Below are positions 28,191 through 38,091 of a stretch of DNA of 64,000 bases, one piece after another (position 1 is the first letter of the stretch; every line of letters begins with the position of its first letter). Source of the DNA: an uncultured Methanosarcinales archaeon (lineage in GTDB: Archaea > Nanobdellota > Nanobdellia > Woesearchaeales > GW2011-AR4); assembly GCA_964436645.1 (NCBI GenBank), contig CAYTDO010000003.1, forward strand, positions 939 to 64,938, read 5' to 3'. The position numbers and the translations under genes are program-made. Under the pieces are notes generated by a model. It was not told the DNA's origin, ran no database searches, and worked only from the letters and a program-made list of their open reading frames with translations.

Positions 28191-29612
28191 ATGAATACAG
28201 CAAGAAGATTAACTGCAAATTTTTTGGTCCTTGCATTCTCTGAGTTCTTTTCTAAGGCAATGCAGCTGGTGGTTTTTGTTTACATTGCAAGAATCCTTGG
28301 GAAAGAAAGCTTCGGCCTTTTCAGTTTTGGGCTTGCTTTTGGGCTGTTAGCAGCTATAATCGCGGACTTTGGATTGAGCTCCCTGATTGTAAGGGAGATA
28401 AGCAGGAGCAGGAAAGACGCGGAAAAATATCTTTCCAATGCTATTGCAATAAAAATTGCGCTTTCACTAATCACTGTAGGCTTATCTTTTCTGATATTAA
28501 ATATAATTGGCTATGGCAGCCAGGAAAAAACTATTGCATATGTGATGCTAGCTTTCGCAATATTGCAGACTTTTACAGACATCTATTGCTCGATATTCAG
28601 GGCATTTGAGCGGATGCACTATGATGCGTCAATAAAAATACTGAGGATGGTGCTGCTGGCTGGAATTGTATTTTTTGCTCTTAGCGGCAATTCTTCTTTG
28701 GTAACTTTATCCTCATCTTTCCTTTTAGCGGAGATTATAGTTTTGGTGGTAGCTATTATATTGGTTTATTTTAAATTTGTAAAGATAAGCCTGGATTTTA
28801 ATCTTTTGTTGCTGAAAAAACTGCTTAATGAAGGGATGTTTTTTTTCCTGTCAATTGCGTTTGCAGGTCTTTTCCTGTATATTGATATAATCATGCTTTC
28901 GAAACTTGGTTCGTCATCTGAGGTTGGAGTTTATGCCGCTGCATCAAATATAGTCCTTGCATTGCTTTCAATACCTATGATGTATGGGAATGCAATTTAT
29001 CCGGTTATATCACGATTTTACATAAATTCTAAAGAAAGCCTAAGGTTTGTTTACGAGCGCTCGTTCAAGTACATGCTCATCCTTGGAATTGCAGTTTCAG
29101 CAGGAATTTTCGCAACTTCAGATAAAATAATAGGGGTTTTTTATGGAAGTGAATACGCAGCTTCTGCAATTGTGTTGTCAATAATAGCCTGGCAATTATG
29201 CCTCAGGTTCCCAAATATCATATCTGGAGTGACTTTATCTTCGACAGACAAGCAGCGCTCCAGGGTTTTAAGCCAGGGGCTCATTGTACTGGTAAAAGTG
29301 GCGCTTAATTTGCTGCTTATACCCATATATGGAATCGTAGGCGCTGCACTTGCGACATTGCTAACAGAAGCAGTATTTTTTGTCGCATACAACTTCTTTA
29401 TTTCAAGATATGGAATAAGGATAGACTACATAAAGCCAGTCATCAAGCCTGCAATAGCTGCATTAATCATGATAGCAGTACTTTATTTTATAGGAGATTT
29501 TTTTATTTCGGTTGTTTTGGGGGCAATTATTTACATCTCGGCAATTCTTTTATTGAAAACATTTGATGCAGAAGATAGAAAGATGATAGATAAGATAGTA
29601 AAGAATTCTTAG
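28191..29612 (+). CDS. polysaccharide/oligosaccharide flippase (Wzx-like, MOP superfamily)
   Basis: 473 aa with about 12-14 TM helices and a Wzx-like N-terminus. Confidence 0.75.
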   Translation: MNTARRLTANFLVLAFSEFFSKAMQLVVFVYIARILGKESFGLFSFGLAFGLLAAIIADFGLSSLIVREISRSRKDAEKYLSNAIAIKIALSLITVGLSFLILNIIGYGSQEKTIAYVMLAFAILQTFTDIYCSIFRAFERMHYDASIKILRMVLLAGIVFFALSGNSSLVTLSSSFLLAEIIVLVVAIILVYFKFVKISLDFNLLLLKKLLNEGMFFFLSIAFAGLFLYIDIIMLSKLGSSSEVGVYAAASNIVLALLSIPMMYGNAIYPVISRFYINSKESLRFVYERSFKYMLILGIAVSAGIFATSDKIIGVFYGSEYAASAIVLSIIAWQLCLRFPNIISGVTLSSTDKQRSRVLSQGLIVLVKVALNLLLIPIYGIVGAALATLLTEAVFFVAYNFFISRYGIRIDYIKPVIKPAIAALIMIAVLYFIGDFFISVVLGAIIYISAILLLKTFDAEDRKMIDKIVKNS

Positions 29613-29972
29613 AATGTGTTTAGCAGCTTCAAATCTAATTAGAGAATACCATTCAGATTTGTATTGCCTTGCCTTAAAGTCATGTAGCTTTGTGGTTTTG
29701 TCATATTCTTTGCCAGTATAATCAAATCTAGTTGTTTCTCCTCCCTGTATCGGCTCGCCAAACGGCGAATAAAGACTCTCCTCAACCACATCCCCATTCT
29801 GGTCAGTAATCAAAGAAGTTGAACCCAAGTGATCAGCATGGTAGAAATACTTTGTTTCCCTTAATTTTTCATTATTGGAATTGAACAATAAATACCATGA
29901 AGCTTTATCAAGAATGTTTAATGATTTATTGTAAACAAACGAATAATTCTCGTATTTTTCATCCGCTGAAAT
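29550..29972 (-). pseudogene. remnant of an RHS/YD-repeat protein (RHS repeat-associated core only; 5'-truncated, no ATG; toxin domain absent)
   Basis: The translation ...NYSFVYNKSLNILDKASWYLLFNSNNEKLRETKYFYHADHLGSTSLITDQNGDVVEESLYSPFGE...RFDYTGKEYDKTTKLHDFKARQYKSEWY matches the conserved C-terminal RHS core. The frame opens after a stop with no ATG. The ORF track begins at a TTG. The protein ends about 25 aa after the core. Confidence 0.6.
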
Positions 29973-30000
29973 GAGAACATTTTATGTAATCAATTTTACC

Positions 30001-30225
30001 CTAATTTAAATATTGCCTAATATCTATCTTTTTTATTTTAATAATCAAAAAAATTAGAAAATTGAAGACAATAACAAAACTCAAGCTTCTAATGAATAGA
30101 AATAAAGTAGAGTCATTAGTTTCTTCCTCAATTAAGAATAGTGTATGATAATAAGGAGCAATAAACACCATAATATTCAATAAAACATAGATTAAGATTA
30201 CACTGTATTTCTTAATTTTGCTCAT
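30001..30225 (-). CDS. small hypothetical membrane protein (74 aa)
   Basis: Two TM helices. Adjacent to the RHS remnant. Confidence 0.3.
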   Translation of the reverse strand: MSKIKKYSVILIYVLLNIMVFIAPYYHTLFLIEEETNDSTLFLFIRSLSFVIVFNFLIFLIIKIKKIDIRQYLN

Positions 30226-30339
30226 ATTAAACTACTAAAAGGCTCTATTTATAAAATTTTTTAAATTTTAATATTCTTTAAACAAGAAAAGTTGAAAATA
30301 ATTCACCGTCCACTTATGCCCTTTTCTTCCCCAATATTC

Positions 30340-30684
30340 TTATTTTTTACCTCCTTTTTTTGCTGCCTGTCGTTGCTTATTAATAATTTTAGCAGCTAAT
30401 GCCTCGCTTGCTGCCCTTTGTTCAGATGTTTTTAAAGTGCTACCTCCTGCTGACTTGATGACTTGTTGTATAGAATTGCTACCGAGAGTGCTTGTACCCC
30501 CTCCGCTTCCGCTTGAAGACCAACTATTACTTGCAACCATTGCTTTATTACTATTATCTACTCCATTATTAAAGACATTTTGCAGATAATAATTAGCACC
30601 TATACTAGCAATTTGTTGCCCAATAAATTTTATGTTATTAATGGTAGTAAGACTATTCCCCATAAACATCCTGAGTTTTATCAT
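30340..30684 (-). CDS. small Gly/Ser/Asn-rich hypothetical protein with a basic C-terminus
   Basis: 114-aa ORF. The adjacent upstream ORF (30653-30847) carries a signal peptide, so the two may be one frameshifted secreted protein. Confidence 0.3.
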   Translation of the reverse strand: MIKLRMFMGNSLTTINNIKFIGQQIASIGANYYLQNVFNNGVDNSNKAMVASNSWSSSGSGGGTSTLGSNSIQQVIKSAGGSTLKTSEQRAASEALAAKIINKQRQAAKKGGKK

Positions 30685-30847
30685 AAAATGAAGTCATGCA
30701 AGTATCTTTCTCTTCAAGGCTTATGGAAGGAGTTACTTGTGTATTCTTAGAGATAATATTAGTAAACGAGCTTAACTGGCTTAATGCCGTTATAGAGAGC
30801 AAAATGGCAATAACTGACATAGCTATAACTAAATTTATCTTTTTCAT
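30653..30847 (-). CDS. small signal-peptide-bearing hypothetical protein (64 aa)
   Basis: The N-terminus MKKINLVIAMSVIAILLSITALSQ is signal-peptide-like. Confidence 0.3.
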   Translation of the reverse strand: MKKINLVIAMSVIAILLSITALSQLSSFTNIISKNTQVTPSISLEEKDTCMTSFYDKTQDVYGE

Positions 30848-31014
30848 ATAATTACCCCCGCGTTAAATTTTAAAGTTTTATCGAGATAGATATGACTAAG
30901 AACGCAAAATAGATCGTTGCTAAAACTCACTTTTTTTTAGTTAAATCCGCCCACCAAATGGATTCCTGAGAAAACCTCTATTAAAATCTTTTTATTTTCA
31001 AAATATGCACTTGA

Positions 31015-31947
31015 TTAACTTTTAGAAGCAAACCATTCAATCGTCTTGTTAATGCCGTCTTCCAATTGGACTTTCGGCTCCCAGCCAAGCTCTTTCCTTG
31101 CTTTTGAAATATCGGGCCTTCTGACTTTTGGATCATCAGTTGGCAGATTCTCATAAATTATCCTGCTTGTGCTTTTGGCAAGTTTTTTTATTATTCCTGC
31201 AAACTCACCTATAGTATGCTCTTCCGGATTTCCCAGGTTTACCGGGTCATTTATTTTTGAGAGCATTAGCTTGTAGATTCCATTTATCAAATCATCAACA
31301 TAACAAAAGCTCCTGGTCTGGTTTCCATCGCCATAGACGGTTATTGGGCTGTTATTCAGGGCCTGGGTAATGAAATTAGGAACAACTCTTCCATCGTTCT
31401 TTCTCATCCTCGGGCCATAGGTGTTGAAAATTCTCGCGATTCTTGTATCAACTTTATGTATCCTATGGTAGGCCATGACGAGCGCTTCCGCAAACCTTTT
31501 TGCTTCATCATAGCAGCCCCTTATTCCGACAGGATTTACATTGCCCCAATAGGTTTCAGGCTGAGGGTTTACAAGAGGATCACCATAAACCTCGGATGTT
31601 GATGCTAAGAGGTATTTTGCTTTTTTTGCCAAAGCCAACCCCAAAGTGTTATGTGTTCCAAGGCTTCCAGCTTTCAATGTCTGTATTGGAATCTTTTGAT
31701 AATCGATAGGAGATGCTGCACTTGCAAAATGAAGGATATAGTCAATTTTTTCTTCTATAGAAATATGCTTGGAGATATCATGGCTGATAAATGCAAAGTT
31801 CTTATTTATTTCGAGATGCTCTATATTTTTTTTATTTCCAGTAATAAGGTTGTCCATACATAGAACTCGGAAACCTTTGCTCAGCAAGAATTCGCATAAA
31901 TGGCTTCCTATGAAGCCTGCGCCGCCTGTTACTAAAACTATTGCCAT
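31015..31947 (-). CDS. UDP-glucuronate decarboxylase (UDP-xylose synthase) / NAD-dependent epimerase-dehydratase
   Basis: [13 protein letters not shown], a YxxxK catalytic motif and an extended SDR fold. Closest to UXS-type enzymes. Confidence 0.75.
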   Translation of the reverse strand: MAIVLVTGGAGFIGSHLCEFLLSKGFRVLCMDNLITGNKKNIEHLEINKNFAFISHDISKHISIEEKIDYILHFASAASPIDYQKIPIQTLKAGSLGTHNTLGLALAKKAKYLLASTSEVYGDPLVNPQPETYWGNVNPVGIRGCYDEAKRFAEALVMAYHRIHKVDTRIARIFNTYGPRMRKNDGRVVPNFITQALNNSPITVYGDGNQTRSFCYVDDLINGIYKLMLSKINDPVNLGNPEEHTIGEFAGIIKKLAKSTSRIIYENLPTDDPKVRRPDISKARKELGWEPKVQLEDGINKTIEWFASKS

Positions 31948-31949
31948 TT

Positions 31950-32714
31950 TTATCGGTTGAATGTCTTGTCTGCTTTTTCGAGCTGCTCTAAAGTGCCTAT
32001 GTCATACCATTCTTTATCTATTTCATGGGCATAGACCTGTTCTTTTTTGTGGAGCCACTCTATAAAGCTGCCGCTTTTATCAGGATTGCTGCCTTCATCA
32101 ATATATTTTTGCATCAATCGAAGAGTTTTTTTTTGAAACATGTAAATGCCAGTGGATATTAGAGTAGATTCCGGGTTTTGCGGCTTCTCAACAAATTTGG
32201 CTATTATCCCGTTTTTTACTGAAACTACGCCATAGTTTTTGGCTAATTCCTTATTGTTGACATCATAAAGCGCGATGACATCTGATTTTGTATTTTTGAA
32301 TATGCCAAGCATTTCCTTTAGGGAAAAATCAAAAATATTATCGCCAGCAACAACTAAAATATCGTCGCTTATTTTTTTGTTTTTTATGGCAAATTGTATG
32401 TCTCCAATTGATCCTAAACGGTCGTCGTTGCTGCTTGTTCCGTCATTTATTATATTTATCTGGAATCTTGAGCTATACTTTTTTTCCCAATCCAGAAAGT
32501 TCTTTGTAAATTTGTTGTTTGTGATTATATAAATCTTAGAGATCTCTTTTAGCTCTTCTATCTTGTCCAGTATATGCTCTATCATTACCTTGCCAGCTAC
32601 TTCAAGCAATGGCTTGGGTGTGTTTTCCGTCAATGGGTAAAGCCTTGTTGCGTACCCAGCTGCAAGCACTAAAGCTTCAATTTTTATCACCTTTGAAGAC
32701 TGGGTTCCTGCCAA
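31950..32714 (-). CDS. sugar-1-phosphate nucleotidyltransferase (short form)
   Basis: [23 protein letters not shown] matches GxGTRLxPLT. 254 aa. Confidence 0.75.
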   Translation of the reverse strand: MAGTQSSKVIKIEALVLAAGYATRLYPLTENTPKPLLEVAGKVMIEHILDKIEELKEISKIYIITNNKFTKNFLDWEKKYSSRFQINIINDGTSSNDDRLGSIGDIQFAIKNKKISDDILVVAGDNIFDFSLKEMLGIFKNTKSDVIALYDVNNKELAKNYGVVSVKNGIIAKFVEKPQNPESTLISTGIYMFQKKTLRLMQKYIDEGSNPDKSGSFIEWLHKKEQVYAHEIDKEWYDIGTLEQLEKADKTFNR

Positions 32715-33993
32715 TGCTTATGTAAGTAAAGCCTTCATTTTTCATTTCTTCTGGATTGTAAATATTACGGCCGTCAATTATTATTGGAGCTTTTAGGAGA
32801 TATTTTATTTTTTTCATATCAATTTCCTTGAATTCGTTCCATTCTGTCAATATAAGCATGGCATCTGCATTCTTGCATGCTTCGTAAGCATCCCTGCAAA
32901 ATTTTATGTCTTTAAAAAGGGAATTTGCCTTTCCCATGGATGCAGGATCATATGCATTTATTTTTGCCCCTGATTTCTGCAATTCATTGATTATGTAAAC
33001 GCTAGGGGCAAATCGCATATCATCAGTGTTAGGCTTGAATGCCAATCCCAATGCTGCGAGGGTTTTTCCTTTAAGGTCTCCTAAATTGTTTTTTACTTTT
33101 TCAGCAAAATCTTTTTTTTGCTCATCATTTATGTCATTTGTTGCCTTAAGGAGCTTGTAGTCATAGCCATAATCCTCTGCTATCTTTATGAAAGCCTGCG
33201 AGTCTTTTGGAAAGCATGAACCTCCATACCCTATCCCAGCATTAAGAAAAGATCTCCCTATTCTTTTATCGTAGCCCATCCCTTCGGCAACTTTTTCGAC
33301 ATCTGCGCCGGAGAATTCACAGATTTTTGCGACTGAATTAATAAAAGATATTTTAGTTGCTAAAAATGCATTTGAAGCGTGTTTTATCAGCTCTGCACTT
33401 TTTATGTCCGTGATTATTAGGGGGGATTTTATAGGGCTGTAGAGATTTTTCATTATCTCAATTGATTTATTGCTTTCTGCCCCTATAACAATCCTGTCCG
33501 GCTCTAGAGTGTCTTTTATTGCAGTCCCTTCCCTTAAAAATTCCGGGTTGCTTACGACATCAAATGATATGCCGGGCTTAATGTTATTTTTGATGATTTT
33601 TTTTACTTTTTCTCCAGTCTCTACCGGCACGGTGCTTTTATGCACTATTACTTTGTAAGAATCCATGTTTTGAGCTACTTCTAATGCAACAGCTTCCACA
33701 TATTTCAGCTCAGTTTGCCAGTTTTCCTTTGGAGGAGTGCCTACACATATGAAAATAATATCACCATGCCCTATTACTTCCTTGTTATCTGCGGTAAAAA
33801 TAAGCCTTTTTTCCTTGACATTCCTGTCTACAATTTCCTTTAGCCCAGGCTCGTATATTGGCATTATCCCATGCTTTAGGCCCTCTATCTTCTTTTTGTC
33901 TGCATCTGCAGCCATGACATCATTGCCTAGCTCTGCGAGTACTGCTGCAGTGGATAATCCTACATATCCTGTCCCTATCACTGAAATCTTCAT
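32677..33993 (-). CDS. ugd: UDP-glucose 6-dehydrogenase
   Basis: MKISVIGTGYVGLSTAAVLA, a catalytic Cys region (GGSCFPKD) and the UDPGDH C-terminal domain. Confidence 0.9.
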   Translation of the reverse strand: MKISVIGTGYVGLSTAAVLAELGNDVMAADADKKKIEGLKHGIMPIYEPGLKEIVDRNVKEKRLIFTADNKEVIGHGDIIFICVGTPPKENWQTELKYVEAVALEVAQNMDSYKVIVHKSTVPVETGEKVKKIIKNNIKPGISFDVVSNPEFLREGTAIKDTLEPDRIVIGAESNKSIEIMKNLYSPIKSPLIITDIKSAELIKHASNAFLATKISFINSVAKICEFSGADVEKVAEGMGYDKRIGRSFLNAGIGYGGSCFPKDSQAFIKIAEDYGYDYKLLKATNDINDEQKKDFAEKVKNNLGDLKGKTLAALGLAFKPNTDDMRFAPSVYIINELQKSGAKINAYDPASMGKANSLFKDIKFCRDAYEACKNADAMLILTEWNEFKEIDMKKIKYLLKAPIIIDGRNIYNPEEMKNEGFTYISIGRNPVFKGDKN

Positions 33994-34090
33994 TTTATAG
34001 CTAAAAAAGCAAAATTATTTAAATATCTTACCATTATCCTACTTTATACTACTAAATATTAGTTAATTTTTAAAGAACTACACCAACACT

Positions 34091-34888
34091 ATGCCAAAAA
34101 CAAAAATCTCAATAACAATAAATGAAAAGACTTTGCAGGATATAGACTCCATAGTGGACAATATCTACATCCGGAACAGGTCGCAAGCTATTGAGCATCT
34201 TGCAAAGTATGCCCTTGGCGAGAATAAGACTGCAGTAATACTGCTTGGCGGGGATGAAGAGCATCTCAAGGCGGCAAAAGATGTCTTTAGGCCTACTGTC
34301 AAAATAAATAATTCTACAGTTATCGGACTAGCTGTCAAGAAACTGAGGGAGAACAATTTTAGGTCAATATATATTGTGGCGAGGCATAATCTCCTTACAA
34401 AAATTTTTGAAATTTTGAAGGATGGAACTGATTATGGGGTCAAGATAAGCTATGTAGAGGAAAAGGCTTCAAATGGCTCTGCAGATTCCTTAAGGCTGCT
34501 TAAGGGCAAAATAAAAAATAATTTCCTCATTGTATATGGAGACATAATATTCAACAAGATAAATATCGAAGGATTATGGAATGACCATATAAAGCAGAAT
34601 GCAGCCGCTACAATAATGCTTACAACTTCTCCAAGGCCAAGCGAGAAAGGCACTGTCAAGGTTGAGGGCAATAAGGTTTTGTCATTTACCCAAAAACCAA
34701 AGGAGTCTGACATCTATCTTGTATTTTCTCCGATATTTGTGGCGGATCCCCAGATACTGGAATACTCGGGAAAAAGCCTTGAATTTGATGTTTTCCCTGA
34801 GCTGGCGCAGAAAGGGCTGCTAAATGGCCACTTGAGCAGCGAGAAAGAAGTGCATGTGCATACATTGAAGAATTTGCCTAAAAATTAG
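34091..34888 (+). CDS. ribbon-helix-helix (CopG-like) DNA-binding domain fused to a nucleotidyltransferase-like domain with a degenerate GxGTR motif
   Basis: N-terminal KISITINEKTLQDIDSIVDNIYIRNRSQAIEHLAKYAL is an RHH. The remainder has an NTP_transferase fold (AVILLGG...DGTDYGVKISYVEE...IVYGDII), but the GxGTRL motif is replaced by GGDEEHLK. Confidence 0.55.
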   Translation: MPKTKISITINEKTLQDIDSIVDNIYIRNRSQAIEHLAKYALGENKTAVILLGGDEEHLKAAKDVFRPTVKINNSTVIGLAVKKLRENNFRSIYIVARHNLLTKIFEILKDGTDYGVKISYVEEKASNGSADSLRLLKGKIKNNFLIVYGDIIFNKINIEGLWNDHIKQNAAATIMLTTSPRPSEKGTVKVEGNKVLSFTQKPKESDIYLVFSPIFVADPQILEYSGKSLEFDVFPELAQKGLLNGHLSSEKEVHVHTLKNLPKN

Positions 34889-34898
34889 TAAAAAAGGT

Positions 34899-35010
34899 GG
34901 ACAGCTTCCCTAGTTTCCCATGCATTAACACAGTACAGCTAGGAACGGAGGCTTGTTTAACTTCGGAGTTCGGAATGGGATCCGGTGGAACCATGCCCCT
35001 ATGGCCGTCC
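34899..35010 (-). rRNA. 5S ribosomal RNA
   Basis: The minus-strand sequence GGACGGCCAUAGGGGCAUGGUUCCACCGGAUCCCAUUCCGAACUCCGAAGUUAAAC...GGGAAGCUGUCC shows 5S hallmarks (CCGAAC, AGUUAA loop region, helix I pairing GGACGGC/GCUGUCC). Confidence 0.85.
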
Positions 35011-35033
35011 AGCAAATAAGGAGTAATTCTTGC

Positions 35034-35042
35034 TTTAAAAAG
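35034..35042 (-). promoter_or_regulatory. TATA-like box about 24-32 nt upstream of the 5S rRNA 5' end
   Basis: The minus-strand sequence cTTTTTAAAgcaagaattactccttatttgct is immediately followed by the 5S start. Confidence 0.35.
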
Positions 35043-35075
35043 CTTACGGTCAATTCGTTTAAAAAATCGCCGATA

Positions 35076-35495
35076 TTAAGAAGCCTTGTTCTTTTTACTT
35101 TTTTGTTTCGGTTTATTCTTAATTACCCTACCTATTTGCCTACCAATAGGCTTAAATTCACTTGGTGAAAAAACATCACTCTTTGCGTTATTACACCAAT
35201 AACATATTAACCCACAATTTCCTTCTGTATATCTTTGTTTAGATTCTTTTTTGTCAATCTCTAAAACATATCCCCTTTTTCGCTTGGTTTTATCATAATT
35301 TACTCTAAATTTTTTTGATTCTTCCTTAGTAATGCCGCAAATATAGCATTTCTTATATGTTTTATACCATTCAATGAATTTTTTTCTGCCCCAATGCTTA
35401 TCTAAGTCCTTGTCTCTCTGTTTTATAGAGCTATACCGCTTCGAAATATGTTTCTCTTCTTCAGAATATTTCTTAGACATTGACATAACTTTCAA
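35076..35495 (-). CDS. HNH endonuclease-family protein (basic, 139 aa)
   Basis: C-terminal LEIDKKESKQRYTEGNCGLICYWCNNAKSD fits the HNH/beta-beta-alpha-Me pattern (E-x-D...N...C-x2-C-N). There is an additional upstream CYIC pair. Confidence 0.5.
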   Translation of the reverse strand: MKVMSMSKKYSEEEKHISKRYSSIKQRDKDLDKHWGRKKFIEWYKTYKKCYICGITKEESKKFRVNYDKTKRKRGYVLEIDKKESKQRYTEGNCGLICYWCNNAKSDVFSPSEFKPIGRQIGRVIKNKPKQKSKKNKAS

Positions 35496-36820
35496 ACTTC
35501 CCTTAAATAGCCCCAGTTATGCAGCTTATCAGAATCCTCAGACCATCTGTCTCCAATGTCTTTTCTATAGTACATATTAGGAATCAGTATATTGTCAATC
35601 TTTTTATACACATTCTTCTTTGCTTCCCTCATTGTGGAGCCGATGCCTACAACTATTAAAATAACTCCAGTATCGCCAGTTATAAGCCATTCATCATCAA
35701 CCATCTTGACATCCTCAATATGAATTCCTTCCATGTTGGGCTTTTTGAAAAGGACTACTGCATCTTTTGAGTGTATCTCAAACATGTTCCTGTCATCATA
35801 GGGGAAAGGGGGGACGACAATCCTAACTCCAATCTGGAATCCGGATTTCGTCTTAAAATTCTTCAGTTCTCCTGTGGCAAGATCGTAAAGAAATTCTCCA
35901 ATTGGGCTTGTTATGCCTTCCTGCTGTATTGAGATAGTTGGATACCCAAATCTTGCAGTAAATTCAAGAGGATAAATGCCGTTGGTGTTCACGATGCAGT
36001 TAAGATCAAAATATCCCACATAATGCTCCGCCCTCAGAGTCTCTTCCATCTTTTTGATTGTAGCATTAAATAACCTGTTTGGGCCTGACCAGAACATGAG
36101 CGTTCCCATTTCGCCGGTGCTCGGCCCTATGTTTCCAGGGAAAAGCTTCTTATGCTCGAAGTTTACATTTATTGGGTAAACGAATTCATGCCCGTTAAAA
36201 AAAGCACCAACTGCCACTTCAACTCCAACGACCCTTTTTTGGAGCTGGAAAATCATAGCTTTTTTCCAAGCTTTCTTGTAAGCTTCCAAGACCTGAATTA
36301 CGTCATGGCCGTCTTCCTGCTCTCCGACAAAGAGCATATTTTTTATGTTCTGGACTTCTCCGGAAGGTTTTATCACATACCTGGATGGATTTAATTTTAC
36401 AAATTCCATGGCATCATCAAAATTATTGAAATTCCAGCTTGGCATTGTCCCTATATCATGCCTTTTCAGCTCTTCCTGGCCAAATTGACGGTCATCTTCA
36501 AGCTTATCAGTATATGCAGTCCCGCCGATGACAAGCTTCCCTTCTTTTCTTAATTTAGCGGCTTTCTTGCCATGCCCTAAAACATCGTCGAATACAATAA
36601 TGTCTGCCCACGAAACTTCTTTTTCCCAATCGGTTACTTTTGGAACAAATCCATCCGCAACTTCTTTTTCAGCAGGATCTTCTATGAAATACTTGGCTTC
36701 ATGCCCTTCTTTAAGGACTTGCCACGCTATATCGCTTATCAAAGCGTCAATAGAAACAAAAAGGAATTTTTTCTTTGAGCCATTTCCATTATTTTTCTGC
36801 ATTTTTTTATGAATATTCAA
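35492..36820 (-). CDS. purD: phosphoribosylamine--glycine ligase
   Basis: ATP-grasp enzyme with GPSTGEMG (compare GPNTGGMG) and PurD-like N- and C-terminal domains. Confidence 0.8.
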   Translation of the reverse strand: MNIHKKMQKNNGNGSKKKFLFVSIDALISDIAWQVLKEGHEAKYFIEDPAEKEVADGFVPKVTDWEKEVSWADIIVFDDVLGHGKKAAKLRKEGKLVIGGTAYTDKLEDDRQFGQEELKRHDIGTMPSWNFNNFDDAMEFVKLNPSRYVIKPSGEVQNIKNMLFVGEQEDGHDVIQVLEAYKKAWKKAMIFQLQKRVVGVEVAVGAFFNGHEFVYPINVNFEHKKLFPGNIGPSTGEMGTLMFWSGPNRLFNATIKKMEETLRAEHYVGYFDLNCIVNTNGIYPLEFTARFGYPTISIQQEGITSPIGEFLYDLATGELKNFKTKSGFQIGVRIVVPPFPYDDRNMFEIHSKDAVVLFKKPNMEGIHIEDVKMVDDEWLITGDTGVILIVVGIGSTMREAKKNVYKKIDNILIPNMYYRKDIGDRWSEDSDKLHNWGYLREV

Positions 36821-36903
36821 ATTGATATTTATATGTTTCTTTAATTCGCATCATTTATAATAATGCAGTTTAAATAAAAGGAAGAAGATTTATTTGAATA
36901 AGA

Positions 36904-38016
36904 TTAAATTTCTATAGAAATCTTTCTTTCCCTAGAGTCTATCTCTTTTATTATCTTATGGCCTTTAAGCTTATCTTTTATGTCTTCCCAGGAATATTTT
37001 TCCTTTGCCTTGTTTATTTCCGCCAATATCTCCTTGACAAGCTGGTAATTATTATAAATAATTTCACCTTTGAGCCTTATCTCTTCTTCTTCTGAGTGCA
37101 GGGTTTTGATTGACATTTCCTGTTCCCCTATGATTCTTTTGAGTTCGTTTATTTTTTTAGAATATGGGGACTCTTTTTTAGACAGTTTTGCCTCATTGTT
37201 GAAATAATGCTCCAAAGCGCTGCTAAAATTGGAAAAATCCTTAGTTCCATAATCCTTGCAGGATTCCAGCTTGATTGGAACGACATCTAAGGCCTGATTG
37301 TCTTTGTATATAATTTTTGCATTTATTTTGCTTTTTATCATTTTTTTGATAGAGCTTGCTAATTTTTTGGCTTGCTGCGGCTTGATGTCTTTTGGCGCTA
37401 TGTTTTTATCAACATCTGCAATTATGGAGATTTCTTCAGAATAAACTCCGCCTAATCCGAGCTCGGTTGCCAGGCTTGTGACTAATTTGTCTTTTTTTGA
37501 GTTTTTAAACAATTCTGAAAGCTTTTTTTCAGTTATATCAAGAAAATTATATGCCATCACCGGGTATCGATAGTTTTCCTTAGGTATTATTGAGCGATCC
37601 TTGAACTGCTGGTGCACTAAAGCGTCTATTATCAGCCCATCTTCATTGCATAATATTGAATTGCCTTTGCCAAAAAACTCAAGATAAAGAATTTTTATGC
37701 CTTCCTTTGACTTAAATATCAGCTTAGCTATTCTTTCCGGCTCTATCTGCCCTATTGAACCAAAGAATTTTCCTTCCAAATGCTTTCTTAAAAGCATGCA
37801 GAAGCCAGAGGGATTTTCATCGGCAGTTTTAGTTTCAGCAGCAAAGATTGCTTTTCCAATAACTACTCTTATTATCTTTTTTCCTTCATTGCTCTTATGC
37901 AGCTGAACATATAGGTCTTCCTTTCCGTTTAGATAAATCCGGTCTACCCTCGAGCCTTCCAGCTGCTTAAGCTCTTTAACCAAGAAATGCAGTTCCAGGG
38001 ATGAAATTTGCTTCAT
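36904..38016 (-). CDS. NFACT-N (FbpA/Rqc2-like N-terminal domain) protein, short archaeal form
   Basis: The N-terminus LELHFLVKELKQLEGSRVDRIYLNGKEDLYVQLHK matches the NFACT-N domain. 370 aa, with a coiled-coil C-terminus. Confidence 0.5.
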   Translation of the reverse strand: MKQISSLELHFLVKELKQLEGSRVDRIYLNGKEDLYVQLHKSNEGKKIIRVVIGKAIFAAETKTADENPSGFCMLLRKHLEGKFFGSIGQIEPERIAKLIFKSKEGIKILYLEFFGKGNSILCNEDGLIIDALVHQQFKDRSIIPKENYRYPVMAYNFLDITEKKLSELFKNSKKDKLVTSLATELGLGGVYSEEISIIADVDKNIAPKDIKPQQAKKLASSIKKMIKSKINAKIIYKDNQALDVVPIKLESCKDYGTKDFSNFSSALEHYFNNEAKLSKKESPYSKKINELKRIIGEQEMSIKTLHSEEEEIRLKGEIIYNNYQLVKEILAEINKAKEKYSWEDIKDKLKGHKIIKEIDSRERKISIEI

Positions 38017-38091
38017 AAGTAAAAATAAAGCATAATAGTATTTAAAATTATACCTGATAACTTTGAGATTATTTTATGAGATTAGGCTTAA

